Assembly: GCF_006345805.1 (NCBI RefSeq)
Contig: NC_043007.1
Coordinates: 6,076,001-6,140,000 of the forward strand
Direction: 5' to 3'
Source: Octopus sinensis
Taxonomy: Eukaryota
Length of the DNA stretch: 64,000 bases
Under the pieces are notes generated by a model. The model was not told the origin of the DNA. It did no database searches and saw only the letters and a list, made by a program, of their open reading frames with translations. Shown here piece by piece: positions 62,536-64,000 of this stretch. Each line of letters opens with the position of its first letter. Position 1 is the stretch's first letter. The translations under genes were made by a program, and so were the position numbers.

Positions 62536-63157
62536 ATATATATATAATATGTTATGTGTGGGTGTGTGTGTGTGTGTGTATGTTTACCAGATTTTGCGTT
62601 AGTGAGGGTGTGGCAAAGTGCCCCCATCCAATTACAAAAAGTTTGAGCTTGAATCGAAATTATAAAGAAAACACAACAGAAATTAGATTTCGGATCGCAA
62701 CGTTACTTCAGTTTAAGAATTGTTTTACATTTTTATGCATCAAATATAGTTTCTTATTTTCTCCGTTCTTCATTCTCATGTTTAAAAATATGAAAACCAA
62801 TGTTGATTCTTAATTTTAAGATTCAAATCGAAAATAATAATATAGAAAACAACAAAAAGAAACATGAATGAAAAACAAAAACTGGATTGAAATATCGAGC
62901 TACTCTGCAACAAGTCAATCGATCTAGCGCTGTTGATAACAATTTCTTACGTTTTCGATTGAAAGGAGTTGCTTGAGCAAAGAAAACTAAACATAACCTG
63001 CTACCGTGCTTGATAGATAATTCCACACATAGAATGATACGTACATACATACATACATACATACATACATACATACATACATACATTCAAGGAGTGAGTG
63101 GGATATATAATATACGTACACTCATACACCACACATACACACACACATATATATATA

Positions 63158-63201
<44 letters not shown>

Positions 63202-64000
63202 TATATATATACGGGGAGGAGAGAGAGAGAGAAGAGAGAGAGAGAGAAAGAGAGAGAGTGAGATTGAGAAAGTATAGCAGAGAATCAGGAATTGTTTATT
63301 ATCCGTCAACTTTATGGGTTTATGCTAATGCTCTTGTTACACGATAAGAAGTTGTTACGGCAAGAATCCCTTCAGGGGCTAAAAAGCTGTAAAACATTGA
63401 TTTTACATGTAAATCAAGTCCGAGAAGTCAGCGAAAATATTAAAACGAAAAACTGAGGCGTAAAAATTTTGTCCGTTCTAACACATCGGTTCGATAGTAA
63501 TGCGAGCATTGAATGAAGATGTACGATGCTACACGAACAGTCGAGTTCTCTTGGTAGAAATTCTAATGTAAGCGAATAATTATATTTTATATGTTTCGTT
63601 TTTCTTTTCGAAATACTAAACAATGTAATAAAATTGCTTTGGGAACATAATAGCCTTTTTGCATCTCATTCATCAAACCGAGAAGAGCTACCGTTTCCTT
63701 TTTTCCCCTTTTATGAGTTCGGTGAAGTTTTCATTTAAAACATTCGATCTTCAGTAATAACTTTACTCAATTAATTATCATGTTTCTTTTTTGTAATTTA
63801 CTATCTCATCGAGTAAATCTTCCCAAGTGTCACAATCTACCTATTCTGTTACGCTGTTCTGAATGTGACCTTTATTTAGCAAGAAAACTAATATTTACTT
63901 CAAAGTTTTGCACAGGGCCAGCAATTTTGCGAGGAGGGTCACGTTTACTTTATCCAATAATGGATAAAGTCAATATAAACAACCCTTACCGCATCGCTCG

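Overview
Repeat-saturated, AT-rich eukaryotic genomic DNA. The repeat families resemble those of coleoid cephalopods (octopus-like); this is an inference from repeat content. One host gene is supported: the 3' five coding exons of a phosducin-like protein 1 gene (PDCL/PhLP1) on the + strand (1-50, 1670-1772, 7013-7126, 7714-7838, 18714-18843). Intron phases are all compatible and all introns are GT-AG. The rest of the window is transposons and microsatellites: RTE, R4/Dong, L1/Tx1 and CR1-like LINEs, Penelope-like elements (PLEs) of the Poseidon and Naiad types, Tc1/mariner elements, a Helitron and at least three tRNA-derived SINE families. No CRISPR array, rRNA gene or true tRNA gene was seen. 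Main observations: (1) a 413-bp fold-back element with an intact type I hammerhead ribozyme at its centre (61623-62035); (2) a tRNA-headed, hammerhead-carrying short element whose post-cleavage tail is antisense to the 5' end of a Poseidon PLE in the same window; (3) two Tx1-type LINE insertions in one (TATC)n array with identical 3' junctions; (4) a SINE whose last 43 nt match the Tx1 3' end; (5) a young RTE with a C4HC3 PHD finger inside its RT ORF and a 3' UTR amplified into a higher-order tandem array. All alignments and folds were done by eye. No database search was possible, so novelty is unverified.
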